Below are positions 28,087 to 38,453 of a stretch of DNA of 64,000 nucleotides, piece by piece. Numbering within the stretch: the stretch's first letter is position 1; the number at the start of each line of letters is the position of its first letter. The notes under the pieces are model-generated. The model was not told the origin of the DNA. It saw only the letters and a list, made by a program, of their open reading frames with translations, and ran no database searches. The position numbers and the translations under genes are program-made. The stretch is taken from positions 12,722-76,721 of the forward strand of contig JBEGVZ010000037.1 of the NCBI GenBank assembly GCA_041178085.1, written 5' to 3'. The DNA is from Pseudomonadota bacterium. GTDB lineage: Bacteria; Bdellovibrionota_B; Oligoflexia; Oligoflexales; RGVZ01.

Positions 28087-28289
28087 GGGGCGAGGGGGGG
28101 CTAGGCAAAAAAATCCGATTAATTAACGCTTACCGGCACTTATCTTGGATATTTCCACAAACCAAACCGCAAAAAGGCTGTGTGTCGACCGACCAAGTAT
28201 TCTCGCACTGTCTGCGAATTTAGATTATGAGGGGAGCTTCCTAAGGACACGATCTACCTGATATCCGGTCCACCGGAGGCAATTCGACC

Positions 28290-28892
28290 ATGGACGCCCA
28301 ATACATCACCAGCGCCGCCGAGGCCCACCAGCTGCCCGCCCCTACCGGGCCTGAAGTGGCGTTTTTCGGCCGCTCCAACGTCGGAAAATCCACGCTGCTC
28401 AATGCTATCGCCGGCAGAAAGGGCCTGGCCCGGACCAGCAACACGCCGGGACGGACCCAGATGGCGAACTTCTTTTCCGTGAAATTTCCGGGGGGTAAGT
28501 CCCTGACCATGGTCGACTTGCCGGGGTACGGCTTTGCCCAGGCGGGGGCCAACACGCGCAAAAAGTGGGAATCCCTGGTCGGCGCCTACCTGGAACGCAC
28601 CAACGTCAAACTCTACATCATGCTGCTCGACAGCCGCAGGGCTCTGGACGACGACGGAATGGACCCGGTGGACGGCAGCCTGGTCAGCGACCTTGCCCGG
28701 CGGGGGACCGTGCTGCTCGCATTGACCAAAACGGACAAGCTTTCCCAGCGCGACGCGCAAGCTGCGTTGAAGAATACAACCTCCGCCGTCAAAGGACTGC
28801 CGACCGTCGAAGTAATGCTGGTTTCAGCGGAAAAGATGCGGGGCGTGAAAGAGATCCGCAACCTGCTCCTGGAAGCCGCTGGCGCTGGCTGA
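28290..28892 (+). CDS. engB: Ribosome biogenesis GTPase YsxC/EngB
   Basis: EVAFFGRSNVGKS, SNTPGRT, VDLPGYG, LTKTDK, VSA. Confidence 0.95.
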   Translation: MDAQYITSAAEAHQLPAPTGPEVAFFGRSNVGKSTLLNAIAGRKGLARTSNTPGRTQMANFFSVKFPGGKSLTMVDLPGYGFAQAGANTRKKWESLVGAYLERTNVKLYIMLLDSRRALDDDGMDPVDGSLVSDLARRGTVLLALTKTDKLSQRDAQAALKNTTSAVKGLPTVEVMLVSAEKMRGVKEIRNLLLEAAGAG

Positions 28893-29050
28893 ATCATCAG
28901 CACGACTAAACAACCTCCCAGCTTGATATGTTTTGCTGAATTGCGACTACCGGGGCCTGTGAGCTATTCCGGGTCGTGAAAATCGTGCGCCGGGCGCTCA
29001 AGGAGCGTTGATTGTTTCAGACCGCGCATCAATCCATCCGGGAGATAAAC

Positions 29051-29587
29051 ATGAAGGCATTCCTTGTCCGGGCAGCGCTTCTTTTGACGACGGCAAATTT
29101 TATCGCGTCTTGTGGATCCATGTCCGTCACCCCACAGGACGCAAAGGCGCTTGGGGCAATCACTGGAACCCAAGACTTTGAATGCATCATGGGCCGCCGG
29201 ACTTGGCTTGGGAACCTGCACGTCAATCTGCGCGTGACGGGACAGTTCGATCCTGAGGGAAGGCTCGGACGCGTGCGCATAGCGCGCCTTCCAGGCGCTC
29301 CGGTCAGGTATGACGTTGTCGCGCAGTCGGCGATAAACAAAGCAGCTACTGAAATGTTCCAGACAGAGCTACTCCGGGAGGATGGCGCTGCTTTCTATCA
29401 GGCATACATTACTGTCCTGAGTAAACGATTCGCTGGACCAATTGAACATTTCACTGTCATTGGGGCCAGAAAAGAAAACTTTTATGAAGCAAGGTACACG
29501 TGGCGCGATCTCCACCAGAATGAGACGGCGGGAGTCGGCGCGTGCCACCTGGATGTTGATTCCATGTCACGAGCGACCAAGGGCTAG
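29051..29587 (+). CDS. Hypothetical lipoprotein
   Basis: RBS ggag, MKAFLVRAALLLTTANFIASC lipobox. Confidence 0.65.
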   Translation: MKAFLVRAALLLTTANFIASCGSMSVTPQDAKALGAITGTQDFECIMGRRTWLGNLHVNLRVTGQFDPEGRLGRVRIARLPGAPVRYDVVAQSAINKAATEMFQTELLREDGAAFYQAYITVLSKRFAGPIEHFTVIGARKENFYEARYTWRDLHQNETAGVGACHLDVDSMSRATKG

Positions 29588-29883
29588 TCGATAGCCGCCT
29601 GCTTTTTGAGCACCTTTTCGCAAACATCCCAGAGCTTTTCCTTGCCCTCAAGATGCCGGATCAGGGTGCCCAGGCGGTGGGATAGAAGCCCCGCCAAATC
29701 ACGTGGTTCGACATCGCCTGCTTCCAGGTGGCGCAGGACGATGGCGTCGATTTCATTCGAGATTTTTATCAGCGTACGGGCTTCGTCGTCGATCCGGCCA
29801 CGGGCGATCTTTTCGCGGCGCCGGGCGTGATCAGCCAGCTGGATTACCTTCGATTTACCACCTTCGGATTTACCACCTGCCAT
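29584..29883 (-). CDS. Small hypothetical helical protein
   Basis: RBS gaggaggg; KVIQLADH N-terminal motif, amphipathic helices. Confidence 0.65.
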   Translation of the reverse strand: MAGGKSEGGKSKVIQLADHARRREKIARGRIDDEARTLIKISNEIDAIVLRHLEAGDVEPRDLAGLLSHRLGTLIRHLEGKEKLWDVCEKVLKKQAAID

Positions 29884-30084
29884 CGGGTCACCCTCCTCGT
29901 CGTCCGCCCCTGCCCCACCGGGGAAAAGACAGGACTTTCAGTGAGTATCGGTAAAAATCCCCCACAACTGGAGCGGGTCCCTTGCAACCTCAAGTAACGC
30001 TTCAATTTTCCAGCGTTCCTGATATACCTGACCCTCAAGTTATTTTACGACGAATCCGCGCTTTTGAGGAGGCCCGGCAAATTT

Positions 30085-31482
30085 ATGGCAGCTGCAAACG
30101 CTTTTGATCTGGTTGTGATTGGTTCTGGACCTGGCGGCTATGTCGGAGCAATCCGCGCAGCCCAGCTCGGCATGAAAGTGGCGATTGTCGAGAAAGCCCC
30201 CCACTTGGGTGGAACCTGCCTTAACTGGGGCTGCATTCCGACCAAAGCGCTTTTGGAATCCGCCAAGACCTGGGACAAGCTCAAACACATCGAAGAGCTC
30301 GGCTTCAAAGCAGGCAGTCCGGCCTACGACTGGGCCCGCATCATGGGCCGCAAAGAAGGCATCGTGGACTCCCAGCGCAAGGGCCTGCGCTTCCTGATGA
30401 AGAAAAACAAGATCGAAGTGTTTGAAGGCCATGGCCGCCTGGCTGGCCCCGGCAAGGTTGGCGTGACGGGCGCCGACGGCAAAGTGACTACCGTCGAGAC
30501 GAAAAAAGTCCTGCTCGCCACGGGATCGCGGATTCGCCAGCTGCCGTTTGCCAAGAGCAACGGCAAGTCCATCCTCTCGTCTGATGACGTTCTGTCGATC
30601 ACAGAAGTGCCAAAGTCGATGGCGGTGATCGGTGGTGGCGTGGTCGGCATCGAGTTTGCGTCACTGTTCGCCCGATTCGGCACGCAAGTGACCGTGATCG
30701 AAGTCGCGACACAGATCCTGCCCTTTGAGGACGAGGAAACCGTAGGCGAGCTGGTCAAGAACCTGAAGAAGCAAGGGGTCACGTTCGAAGTCGGCACCAA
30801 GGTGACCGCCATCACAGACAACGGCGGCAAGTCGGCATCGGTGACTTTGGAAGGCGGCAAGCCGCGCGAATTTGAACGCGTACTCGTTTCGATCGGCCGC
30901 GAGCCGGTGACCAATGACATCGGCTTGGAGCTGGCGGGGGTCAAGACTGACCGCGGTTATGTGACGACGGATTCTCACTACAAGACCAACGTAGACTGGA
31001 TCTATGCGATCGGTGATATCCTGACCACCCCTGCCCTCGCCCACACGGCATCGGCGGAAGCCATCCATGCGGTCGAAGCGATCGCAGGGAAAAACCCGAA
31101 TGTGATTAACTACCAGGCCAACCCGAGCGCGATTTACTGCTACCCGGAAATCGCCAGCATCGGGATGACCGAGCAGACGCTCAAGCAAAAGAAGATCGAT
31201 TACAAGTCGGGTAAATTTCCGTTCTCGCCCATGGCCAAGGCCAAGATCGAAAACGCGACCGAAGGCTTCATCAAGATTCTGTTTGAACCCAAGTACCGGG
31301 AGATCCTGGGCGTGCATATCGTCGGCGCAAAGGCGACCGAACTGATTGCGGAATTTGCCCTTGGCAAGGTGCTTGAAACGACTGTCGATGAAATCGGCCA
31401 GACCATCCATCCGCACCCGACCATTTCGGAGACGGTGATGGAGGCAGCGCATGCTGCCCTGGGCCACGCGATCCACATGTAA
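30085..31482 (+). CDS. lpdA: Dihydrolipoyl dehydrogenase (E3)
   Basis: GSGPGGY, GGTCLNWGCIPTK, GGGVVG, HPHPTISE. Confidence 0.96.
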   Translation: MAAANAFDLVVIGSGPGGYVGAIRAAQLGMKVAIVEKAPHLGGTCLNWGCIPTKALLESAKTWDKLKHIEELGFKAGSPAYDWARIMGRKEGIVDSQRKGLRFLMKKNKIEVFEGHGRLAGPGKVGVTGADGKVTTVETKKVLLATGSRIRQLPFAKSNGKSILSSDDVLSITEVPKSMAVIGGGVVGIEFASLFARFGTQVTVIEVATQILPFEDEETVGELVKNLKKQGVTFEVGTKVTAITDNGGKSASVTLEGGKPREFERVLVSIGREPVTNDIGLELAGVKTDRGYVTTDSHYKTNVDWIYAIGDILTTPALAHTASAEAIHAVEAIAGKNPNVINYQANPSAIYCYPEIASIGMTEQTLKQKKIDYKSGKFPFSPMAKAKIENATEGFIKILFEPKYREILGVHIVGAKATELIAEFALGKVLETTVDEIGQTIHPHPTISETVMEAAHAALGHAIHM

Positions 31483-31500
31483 CCGGAGATCGTCACGACG

Positions 31501-32889
31501 ATGGCAAACCAAATCGACATCCTGATGCCGCTCATGGGCGAAGGGATCAATGAAGCGACCCTGGTGAAATGGCTGAAAAAGCCGGGCGAAAAGGTTTCCA
31601 AATCGGAACCCCTCCTGGAAGTGTCAACCGACAAGGTCGATACGGAAATTCCAGCGCCAGCAGACGGTGTTCTGGTAGCGACGCTGGCAAAAGAGGGCGA
31701 CGTCGTCCAAATCAATACGGTGATCGCACAGATCACGTCGGATGGCAGTGTGCCCCAGGCGAAAGCGGCACAGCCAGCAGCGCCTGCGAAGCCTGCCGGA
31801 GCCGCGTCACCAGCGGCCCAGGTAAAGCCAGCGGCCGCGGCCAGTTCCCCCGTCAAAACGAATCCTGCGCCGGCGGCAAGACCGGCTGTTTCGCTGCCCC
31901 AGGCAAATCTAACCTTGCCTGCGGCCCCGGCGAGCAGCGTCCGCTCATCGCCTCTAGTCCGCAAGATGGCGCGCGACCTGAACATAAACCTTGGCTACGT
32001 ACCGGGCAGCGGCCTGAACGGACGTATCACCAAGCAAGATCTCGAGGGCTACGTTTCCAGTGGCCTGGCCGAACAACATGCCGCCCAAGCCAGCCAAGGT
32101 GCAAACGTCGTCTACGTTGCCACTCCGCAGGACGCCCTTGGCAAATCAGCGCGGGTGCAGACCCAGGTCATCGACGGCGTGGAGATGATGGAAGGCAATC
32201 CCGTTCGTCGCGAAAAAATGACGAAGATGCGGCGCTTGATCGCCGAACACATGGTGGAATCTGTGCGCGTTTCGCCGCACGTTACCACGGTGTTTGAAGT
32301 CGACTTGCACAACGTTTTTGAAATCCGCGAAAAGCATCGCGCGGAATTTGAGAAACGTGAAGGTTTTAAGCTGACCTACACGCCGTTTTTCATCCACGCT
32401 GCCGTCCAGGCGATCAAGCAGCACCCGATCATCAACGTCTCTCTCGACGGCGATGACATCCTGTGGAAGGAAGACATCAACGTTGGCTGTGCCGTCGCCC
32501 TTGGCAACGGACTGATCGTGCCGGTCATCAAAAAAGCGCAGGACCTGAGCCTTGCGGGCACGGCGCGCCGTTTGAATGACTTGGTCACCCGGGCGCGTAG
32601 CAAAAAACTTTTGCCAGAAGATGTCCAGGGCGGATCGTTTTCGATCACCAACCCAGGCGGCTTCGGCAGCTTGACGTCGAACCCGATCATCAACCAGCCC
32701 CAAGTGGCGATTCTGGGGATCGGTGCAGTCGTGAAGCGGCCCGTTGTTGTCGATGACGCCATTGCCGTCCGCCCCATGATGCTGGTCAGCTTGACGTTTG
32801 ACCATCGGGTTGTCGACGGGGAAGGCGGCGCCATGTATCTGGCCACGCTGAAGAAGATCCTCGAAAACTATAGCGAAATTCCCCTTTAG
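31501..32889 (+). CDS. 2-oxoacid dehydrogenase E2 dihydrolipoamide acyltransferase (substrate class uncertain)
   Basis: Lipoyl motif EVSTDKVDTEI, E3-binding SPLVRKMA...GSGLNGRITKQD, catalytic TFDHRVVDG. Confidence 0.93.
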   Translation: MANQIDILMPLMGEGINEATLVKWLKKPGEKVSKSEPLLEVSTDKVDTEIPAPADGVLVATLAKEGDVVQINTVIAQITSDGSVPQAKAAQPAAPAKPAGAASPAAQVKPAAAASSPVKTNPAPAARPAVSLPQANLTLPAAPASSVRSSPLVRKMARDLNINLGYVPGSGLNGRITKQDLEGYVSSGLAEQHAAQASQGANVVYVATPQDALGKSARVQTQVIDGVEMMEGNPVRREKMTKMRRLIAEHMVESVRVSPHVTTVFEVDLHNVFEIREKHRAEFEKREGFKLTYTPFFIHAAVQAIKQHPIINVSLDGDDILWKEDINVGCAVALGNGLIVPVIKKAQDLSLAGTARRLNDLVTRARSKKLLPEDVQGGSFSITNPGGFGSLTSNPIINQPQVAILGIGAVVKRPVVVDDAIAVRPMMLVSLTFDHRVVDGEGGAMYLATLKKILENYSEIPL

Positions 32890-32898
32890 CGTGATGCT

Positions 32899-34533
32899 GT
32901 GATTGGAACGGAAACAACAGAAAGCAAGCAAGCCGGAGGTGAAAGCCCCGGCTTCCTGATGTCTTGTATCGTGCAGCTTGAGGCGATTGTCGAAGACAGA
33001 AGCCTTCTGGCAGACCTGGATGAAACCACCCGCACACGACTGGTCAAGGCGGCCGGGATGATTGCCCGACCCGACCGCGTTGCGATCAAACAACTCTCCC
33101 GCGCCTTTCGCAGGCGCGACAGGCAGACGGCAAAGGAAGAGAAAGCTGAAGCGCGGGCGGCAAGCATCGCGGCCAAATCCGCCACTGGACTTCGCCAAGC
33201 CCGTACAAGCCAGGTGTTTGTTGCGCCGGAGAAAACTCTCCCTGCCGACACCGGTCAATCTTACCAGCCCATGCGCCTGGCAAAACCGCAGGCATGTTAC
33301 GTATGCAAGTCCAGCTACCAGGAACTTCACTTTTTTTATGATTCCATGTGCCCATCGTGTGGCGACTTCAATTACCAGAAAAGATTCCAGACAGCCGACT
33401 GCCGTGGACGCATCGCTCTGGTCACGGGATCCCGGGTCAAGATCGGCTACCATGCTGCGCTGATGCTGCTGCGTGCCGGCGCCACAGTCATCGTTACGAC
33501 GCGGTTTCCCCACGATGCCGCGCTGCGTTACCGCCGCGAAAAAGACTTCTCTGAATGGAAAACCCGCTTACACATCTACGGGCTCGATCTGCGCCACGCT
33601 CCTAGTGTGGAACTGTTTGCGCAGCATCTATGCGACCGCTTCCAGACGCTTGATTTCTTGATCAACAATGCAGCACAGACCGTGCGGAAGCCGCGCGGAT
33701 TTTATGATCACATGATGAAGACGGAAGAGACGTTGCCAGAGGATCCTGAGGTCTTATCCCTGCTGGCGGGGTTCCATGAAGTCCGCACACGGATTGAACA
33801 GAATCTGGCCGCCAACGATGCACCAGCAATTCCAGGAACTGGACCTCAGCAAAATGCCGGGCGCGGGCTTCTTGCCTATGCAACCGGAACTGGCAACACC
33901 CCTGCTCCGGGACTTTATGCTTCTGCCCGCATGTCCCAGGTTCCCTTGTTACCGGATGATTTGAGCTGTGGCAGCGACGTCTTCCCCCCCGGGGAGCTTG
34001 ATGCCGACCTGCAACAGGTCGACTTGAGGACCAACAACAGCTGGCGCATGCGCCTGGCCGACGTTTCAACGGCGGAGATGCTCGAGATCCAACTGATCAA
34101 CGCCGTCGCGCCGTTTATCCTAAATTCGCGACTAAAGGCGCTAATGCTGCGGCCGGACGAAACGGGCGAAGTGCGCCGCGACAAGCACATCGTCAATGTT
34201 TCCGCGATGGAAGGAAAGTTCACCCGCTACACAAAGACCGACAAGCACCCGCACACCAACATGGCCAAGGCGGCACTCAACATGATGACCCAGACGTCCG
34301 CGCCGGATTACGTGCGTGACGGGATTCACATGAACGCCGTCGACACCGGCTGGGTCACCGATGAGGACCCAGCGCAACACGCCCAGCGCAAACGAAACGA
34401 ACTAGGCTTTGAACCCCCGCTGGATATCGTGGACGGTGCCGCGCGGATTATCGACCCGGTATTTCACGGGCTGAACACCAACGAGCACCTTTGGGGCAAA
34501 TTCCTCAAGGATTACCGCTCAACTGCCTGGTAG
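32899..34533 (+). CDS. SDR oxidoreductase with N-terminal Zn-ribbon-like segment
   Basis: CYVC...CPSC, ALVTGSRVKIG, LINNAAQT, NVSAMEG, HPHTNMAKAAL, NAVDTGWV. Confidence 0.85.
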   Translation: MIGTETTESKQAGGESPGFLMSCIVQLEAIVEDRSLLADLDETTRTRLVKAAGMIARPDRVAIKQLSRAFRRRDRQTAKEEKAEARAASIAAKSATGLRQARTSQVFVAPEKTLPADTGQSYQPMRLAKPQACYVCKSSYQELHFFYDSMCPSCGDFNYQKRFQTADCRGRIALVTGSRVKIGYHAALMLLRAGATVIVTTRFPHDAALRYRREKDFSEWKTRLHIYGLDLRHAPSVELFAQHLCDRFQTLDFLINNAAQTVRKPRGFYDHMMKTEETLPEDPEVLSLLAGFHEVRTRIEQNLAANDAPAIPGTGPQQNAGRGLLAYATGTGNTPAPGLYASARMSQVPLLPDDLSCGSDVFPPGELDADLQQVDLRTNNSWRMRLADVSTAEMLEIQLINAVAPFILNSRLKALMLRPDETGEVRRDKHIVNVSAMEGKFTRYTKTDKHPHTNMAKAALNMMTQTSAPDYVRDGIHMNAVDTGWVTDEDPAQHAQRKRNELGFEPPLDIVDGAARIIDPVFHGLNTNEHLWGKFLKDYRSTAW

Positions 34534-34550
34534 GCCTGGCCCCAGCCAAA

Positions 34551-34910
34551 TCAAGCTTTCTTGACCACCGAAGATTTGAGGTTCATGGAACCGAACCCGT
34601 CAATCTTGCAGGAAATGTCGTGACCGTCCGGGCCATCGATGTTGATGCGGATATTCCGGACTTTAGTGCCGGCCTTCAGCGCAGTCGATGACCCCTTGAC
34701 TTTCAGATCCTTGACGATCGTTACCGAGTCGCCATCGCGCAGCTCATTGCCGTTGACGTCCCGGACGACCCCTGAATCAGCGGGCGCTTCAGGGACAGAC
34801 TCCCCTGTCGCCGCCGCCCACTCGTGAAAGCAATCCGGACAGTTCCAGAGTGACCCGTCGAAGTAGATATTGACGGAACTGCACTTCAGGCATTTCGAAA
34901 ATCCGGTCAA
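34551..34910 (-). CDS. yjdM: PhnA/YjdM zinc-ribbon protein
   Basis: CLKC...CPDCFHEW, RDVNGNELRDGDSVTIVKDLKVKGSS, HDISCKIDG. Confidence 0.9.
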   Translation of the reverse strand: MTGFSKCLKCSSVNIYFDGSLWNCPDCFHEWAAATGESVPEAPADSGVVRDVNGNELRDGDSVTIVKDLKVKGSSTALKAGTKVRNIRINIDGPDGHDISCKIDGFGSMNLKSSVVKKA

Positions 34911-34925
34911 GAGATCACCCCAGGA

Positions 34926-35477
34926 CTAATGTTTATCGTAATCACCATGATAGCGGATACCGAGGGCGTTGTTGAAACGATTGAGCATGTTGATAAAACC
35001 GATCAACCACGTCAATTCGACAATTTCGGGATCCGTGAAGTGCAGACGGAGATCACTGAAAAGCTGGTCTGTGACGCGGTTCGAGTCGCGGGTAACTACC
35101 TCGGTGTACTGCAAGGCAACTTTTTCGAGCGGAGACAACAGAGCTTGGTTCTCGACCGCCACCACCGGATCGTCACTGATGCCCAGCTGCCGCATCAAGC
35201 TGATGTGAGACGTGGCGCAAAATTGGCACTCGTTCAACAAGGATGCCTTCAGAATCACCTTCTCCTTCAACTGGCGGGAGAGCAGGCCACCCGGGTACAC
35301 ACACTTGCCAAAGGTAGCAAATGACTCCATGATCTCTGGACGCATCGCTATCGCTTGCAACATCTCGACCACGGGCAGACCCTTTTCCTGAAGGGCGCGA
35401 CTTTCCGCCAGGCTCTCATCATCCTTAACAGCATCGAAAGATTTTTTTACAATATCTTGATCGATCGTGATGCGCAT
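34926..35477 (-). CDS. Carboxymuconolactone decarboxylase/AhpD-like protein
   Basis: LKEKVILKASLLNECQFCATSH, FTDPEIVELT, NMLNRFNNAL; start MRITIDQ. Confidence 0.85.
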   Translation of the reverse strand: MRITIDQDIVKKSFDAVKDDESLAESRALQEKGLPVVEMLQAIAMRPEIMESFATFGKCVYPGGLLSRQLKEKVILKASLLNECQFCATSHISLMRQLGISDDPVVAVENQALLSPLEKVALQYTEVVTRDSNRVTDQLFSDLRLHFTDPEIVELTWLIGFINMLNRFNNALGIRYHGDYDKH

Positions 35478-35571
35478 TTTGCCAGCCCTCTTTGGAAGAC
35501 CCTGATAAACCAGGGGTCTGGTGGTTCTAGTCAGATCAGCCACAAACTGCCAGCAGAATCGGAGACCAACA

Positions 35572-36864
35572 TTGAGCACAGCGAGGACAGTATGCGTGAT
35601 CGGGGCAGGCCCCTCGGGAATCACTGCAGCGAAGAATTTCAAGGACCTGGGATTTGCCGTTACCGTCTATGAACGCGGCGACCAAGTTGGCGGAAACTGG
35701 CGCTTCGACGACAAATCTGGCCATGCGAGCGTGTTTGAGACAACCCACATCATCAGCTCCAAGGTCAGTTCCCAGTATGAAGATTACCCGATGCCACCGG
35801 ATGCCCCCGATTACCCCCACCACAGCTACCTGCTGAAATATTTCCAGGGATATGCGGATCAATTCGGAGTGACTCCGCTGGTCCAGTTCAACACGATGGT
35901 CACAGGATGTGAGCAAACCGCAGACGGTGGCTGGCTGGTCTCCACAAACCACGCCGGCGATCCCCGTACAACCAGGTTCGACGCTCTTGTGGTCTGCAAC
36001 GGCCACCACTGGAAACCCCGCTGGCCGGAATATCCGGGTACCTTCAGCGGTGAGGTTTCCCACTCCCATGAGTTCAAGCGGGCGGACGCGTTCAAGGGTA
36101 AAAAAGTGCTGGTCGTGGGCGGAGGAAACTCTGCCTGCGATATTGCAGTTGAAACCAGCCGCGTGTCGGAAAGAACGGACATCAGTTGGCGGCGCGGCTA
36201 CTGGCTCGTCCCGAAATTCATCTTTGGAAATCCGTCGGACGCCTTCTATTACAAGTTCTCTTTTTTCCCTCGCTGGTCCAAGGTCATCATCAGCGAAATT
36301 CTGCTGCGCCTGCTGCTGGGAAAAAATTCTCGCATCGGACTGCAGAACCCTGACCACTGGTTCGGGTCATCCCATCCGACCATCAACTCCGAGCTCTACT
36401 ACTTCATCCGGCATGGACGGATAAAGCCGCGCGTCGACATCGATCGTTTCGTGGGCAAGACGGTACAGTTCAAGGATGGTACCAAACAGGATTACGACAC
36501 GGTCATCTACGCAACAGGTTACTGGATTGACCACCCATTCTTTGACAAGTCGATGGTCGATTTCTCAAAGGGATCGGTCCCGCTCTACCTGCGTTTTCTG
36601 CCGGAAAAATTAAAGAACTGCTATTTCATCGGACTGTTCCAGCCGCTGGGATGTATCTGGCCTGGAGCAGAGCTCCAGTCAAAGCTTGCCGCCCGCCATC
36701 TGGCCGGACTCTGGTCAGCGCCGGCAGACCTTGGCGCCAGGATCCAACGGGAAATTGATCATCCAGACTACAACCAGCTGAAAACCCCGCGCCACACTAT
36801 CACCGTCGATGATATTTTTTTCAGGAAGCGATTGCGCAAGGAGCTTGCACGCTCCAGGGCATAG
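35572..36864 (+). CDS. Flavin-containing monooxygenase (FMO-like)
   Basis: VIGAGPSG, GGNW, VVCNGHHWKP, FSGEVSHSHEFK (FMO motif), VGGGNSACD, YATGY; TTG start after ggag. Confidence 0.92.
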   Translation: MSTARTVCVIGAGPSGITAAKNFKDLGFAVTVYERGDQVGGNWRFDDKSGHASVFETTHIISSKVSSQYEDYPMPPDAPDYPHHSYLLKYFQGYADQFGVTPLVQFNTMVTGCEQTADGGWLVSTNHAGDPRTTRFDALVVCNGHHWKPRWPEYPGTFSGEVSHSHEFKRADAFKGKKVLVVGGGNSACDIAVETSRVSERTDISWRRGYWLVPKFIFGNPSDAFYYKFSFFPRWSKVIISEILLRLLLGKNSRIGLQNPDHWFGSSHPTINSELYYFIRHGRIKPRVDIDRFVGKTVQFKDGTKQDYDTVIYATGYWIDHPFFDKSMVDFSKGSVPLYLRFLPEKLKNCYFIGLFQPLGCIWPGAELQSKLAARHLAGLWSAPADLGARIQREIDHPDYNQLKTPRHTITVDDIFFRKRLRKELARSRA

Positions 36865-36888
36865 GCCGGGAAACAGGACCACGCTGGA

Positions 36889-38322
36889 TCACAGCAAGCG
36901 ATCAAAAAGGTTCGCCAGGGGAAGCGCCAGGAAATAGAAGAGTTTCTGCTCGCCGGTGGCTCCCTCAATGAGAACCGTGAACGGTGAATTGCCATCCTCA
37001 AAAAGCCGCTTCGAGTGCTGCAACCTTTTGTTGATATCGGAGATCATTTCCGCGGCGAGTTCGGGTTGATTACGGCAAATCAACATCAATTCCGAATTCA
37101 GGTTGGCAGATCGCGGATCGACGTTGTAAGTGCCAATCACCACATGCCTGCGATCGACCACAGCGCGCTTAGAATGCACCCCCCAACGCTGAGAGGTCTC
37201 TGGACTGACCAGCAGCGGGTCGGAGGGGGGCGATCCATCGTAAAGCCTGACATCAATCTTGTTTTGTTGGAGGGGCTTCAGCGTGAAGGTCATTGCTGAC
37301 ACAGTGTAATAGGCATCCGTCGACGCCAGGCTGTTGGTCAGGAAGGTCTGGCGGACCCCGCGGTCAGCCAGGTCCCGCAGCAGGGCCATCCCGTCTGGAC
37401 GCAAAATGAAGTAGGGACTTTCACCTAGAACCTCCTCTTTTGCCTCCCCCAGGAATTCCACCAGACGCTTGAACACCTGCCGGTTATAGGAGGGGATGCC
37501 ACTGTAGTCGGTAGCAAAGACAATATCGTTGCAAACGTGGGATCTGGGCGATGCTCCAGTCCCCTTGACCGCAGCTTCGATCTTTGAAAACAAACTGGCA
37601 TTGGCGGCAGGATCGAGGAATGCCTGGTCCATCACCGAATCGGAAGACCCAACTTTCTCCGGATCGGTGGCCAGCTCCGAGTTCCAGTAAAAAAGAAAGC
37701 TGGCACGCATTGTTTTTACCACACTGCCATGAACCAGAATGTCACTGTCCAGGAAGTTGTAATGCGGTGACAGGTTGAAATAGTCGTTCCCAATATTTCT
37801 TCCGCCCGTGATCGCGCTCACCCCGTCCACCAGAAGCAATTTGCGATGGCTGCGGTGCTGGGAACTGACAAAACGGAGAGCGCTCGATGTGTTGTAGTAG
37901 CGGACTTCGACACCGCGGGACTTGAGGGCCCTTGCGTAAGAAGGACCCAGTTTGAAGACAGGCGCAGCGAAATCCACCAACAGCTTGACCTGGACCCCCC
38001 TGGCCGCTGCCTGCACCAGTTTTTGCGTCACCAGCTGGGCAGCAAGGTCCAGCTCGTAGATGAAAAACTCAAGCTCGATTGAATTCCTGGCCTGATCGAT
38101 TAATTCGAGGCGCCTCTGCAGGCTGACGAGTCCGTCGTTGACCAACTCAACTTTATGTGGCTTCAGCGATCTGACGTAAACCGGATCGGCCTTGATGGCT
38201 GGGGGACGATCATGCTGATCCCCCCACCAAAGGAATGCCCCCACCACCACATAAACAAGCACCACCAGACCGAAGACAAGCCCGATCGTCCAACTGGCAA
38301 GTTTGAGCAGGACATGGCGCAA
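36889..38322 (-). CDS. Phospholipase D family protein (cardiolipin synthase ClsC-like)
   Basis: Two HKD motifs (HRKLLLVD, HSKRAVVD), GGRNIGNDYF, GTYNVDPRSANLNSE; N-terminal TM helix. Confidence 0.9.
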   Translation of the reverse strand: MRHVLLKLASWTIGLVFGLVVLVYVVVGAFLWWGDQHDRPPAIKADPVYVRSLKPHKVELVNDGLVSLQRRLELIDQARNSIELEFFIYELDLAAQLVTQKLVQAAARGVQVKLLVDFAAPVFKLGPSYARALKSRGVEVRYYNTSSALRFVSSQHRSHRKLLLVDGVSAITGGRNIGNDYFNLSPHYNFLDSDILVHGSVVKTMRASFLFYWNSELATDPEKVGSSDSVMDQAFLDPAANASLFSKIEAAVKGTGASPRSHVCNDIVFATDYSGIPSYNRQVFKRLVEFLGEAKEEVLGESPYFILRPDGMALLRDLADRGVRQTFLTNSLASTDAYYTVSAMTFTLKPLQQNKIDVRLYDGSPPSDPLLVSPETSQRWGVHSKRAVVDRRHVVIGTYNVDPRSANLNSELMLICRNQPELAAEMISDINKRLQHSKRLFEDGNSPFTVLIEGATGEQKLFYFLALPLANLFDRLL

Positions 38323-38453
38323 TGAGCAAAACCAAAAAAGTTAGGGAGGGATGCCCGCATGAAATGCGGAACACACCCTCCCTGAATATTAACGAACAAC
38401 CCTTCGCGCGTCACCTTACCCGTCGATCCAGGGAAGGGTCGGCCAGCGCTCAA

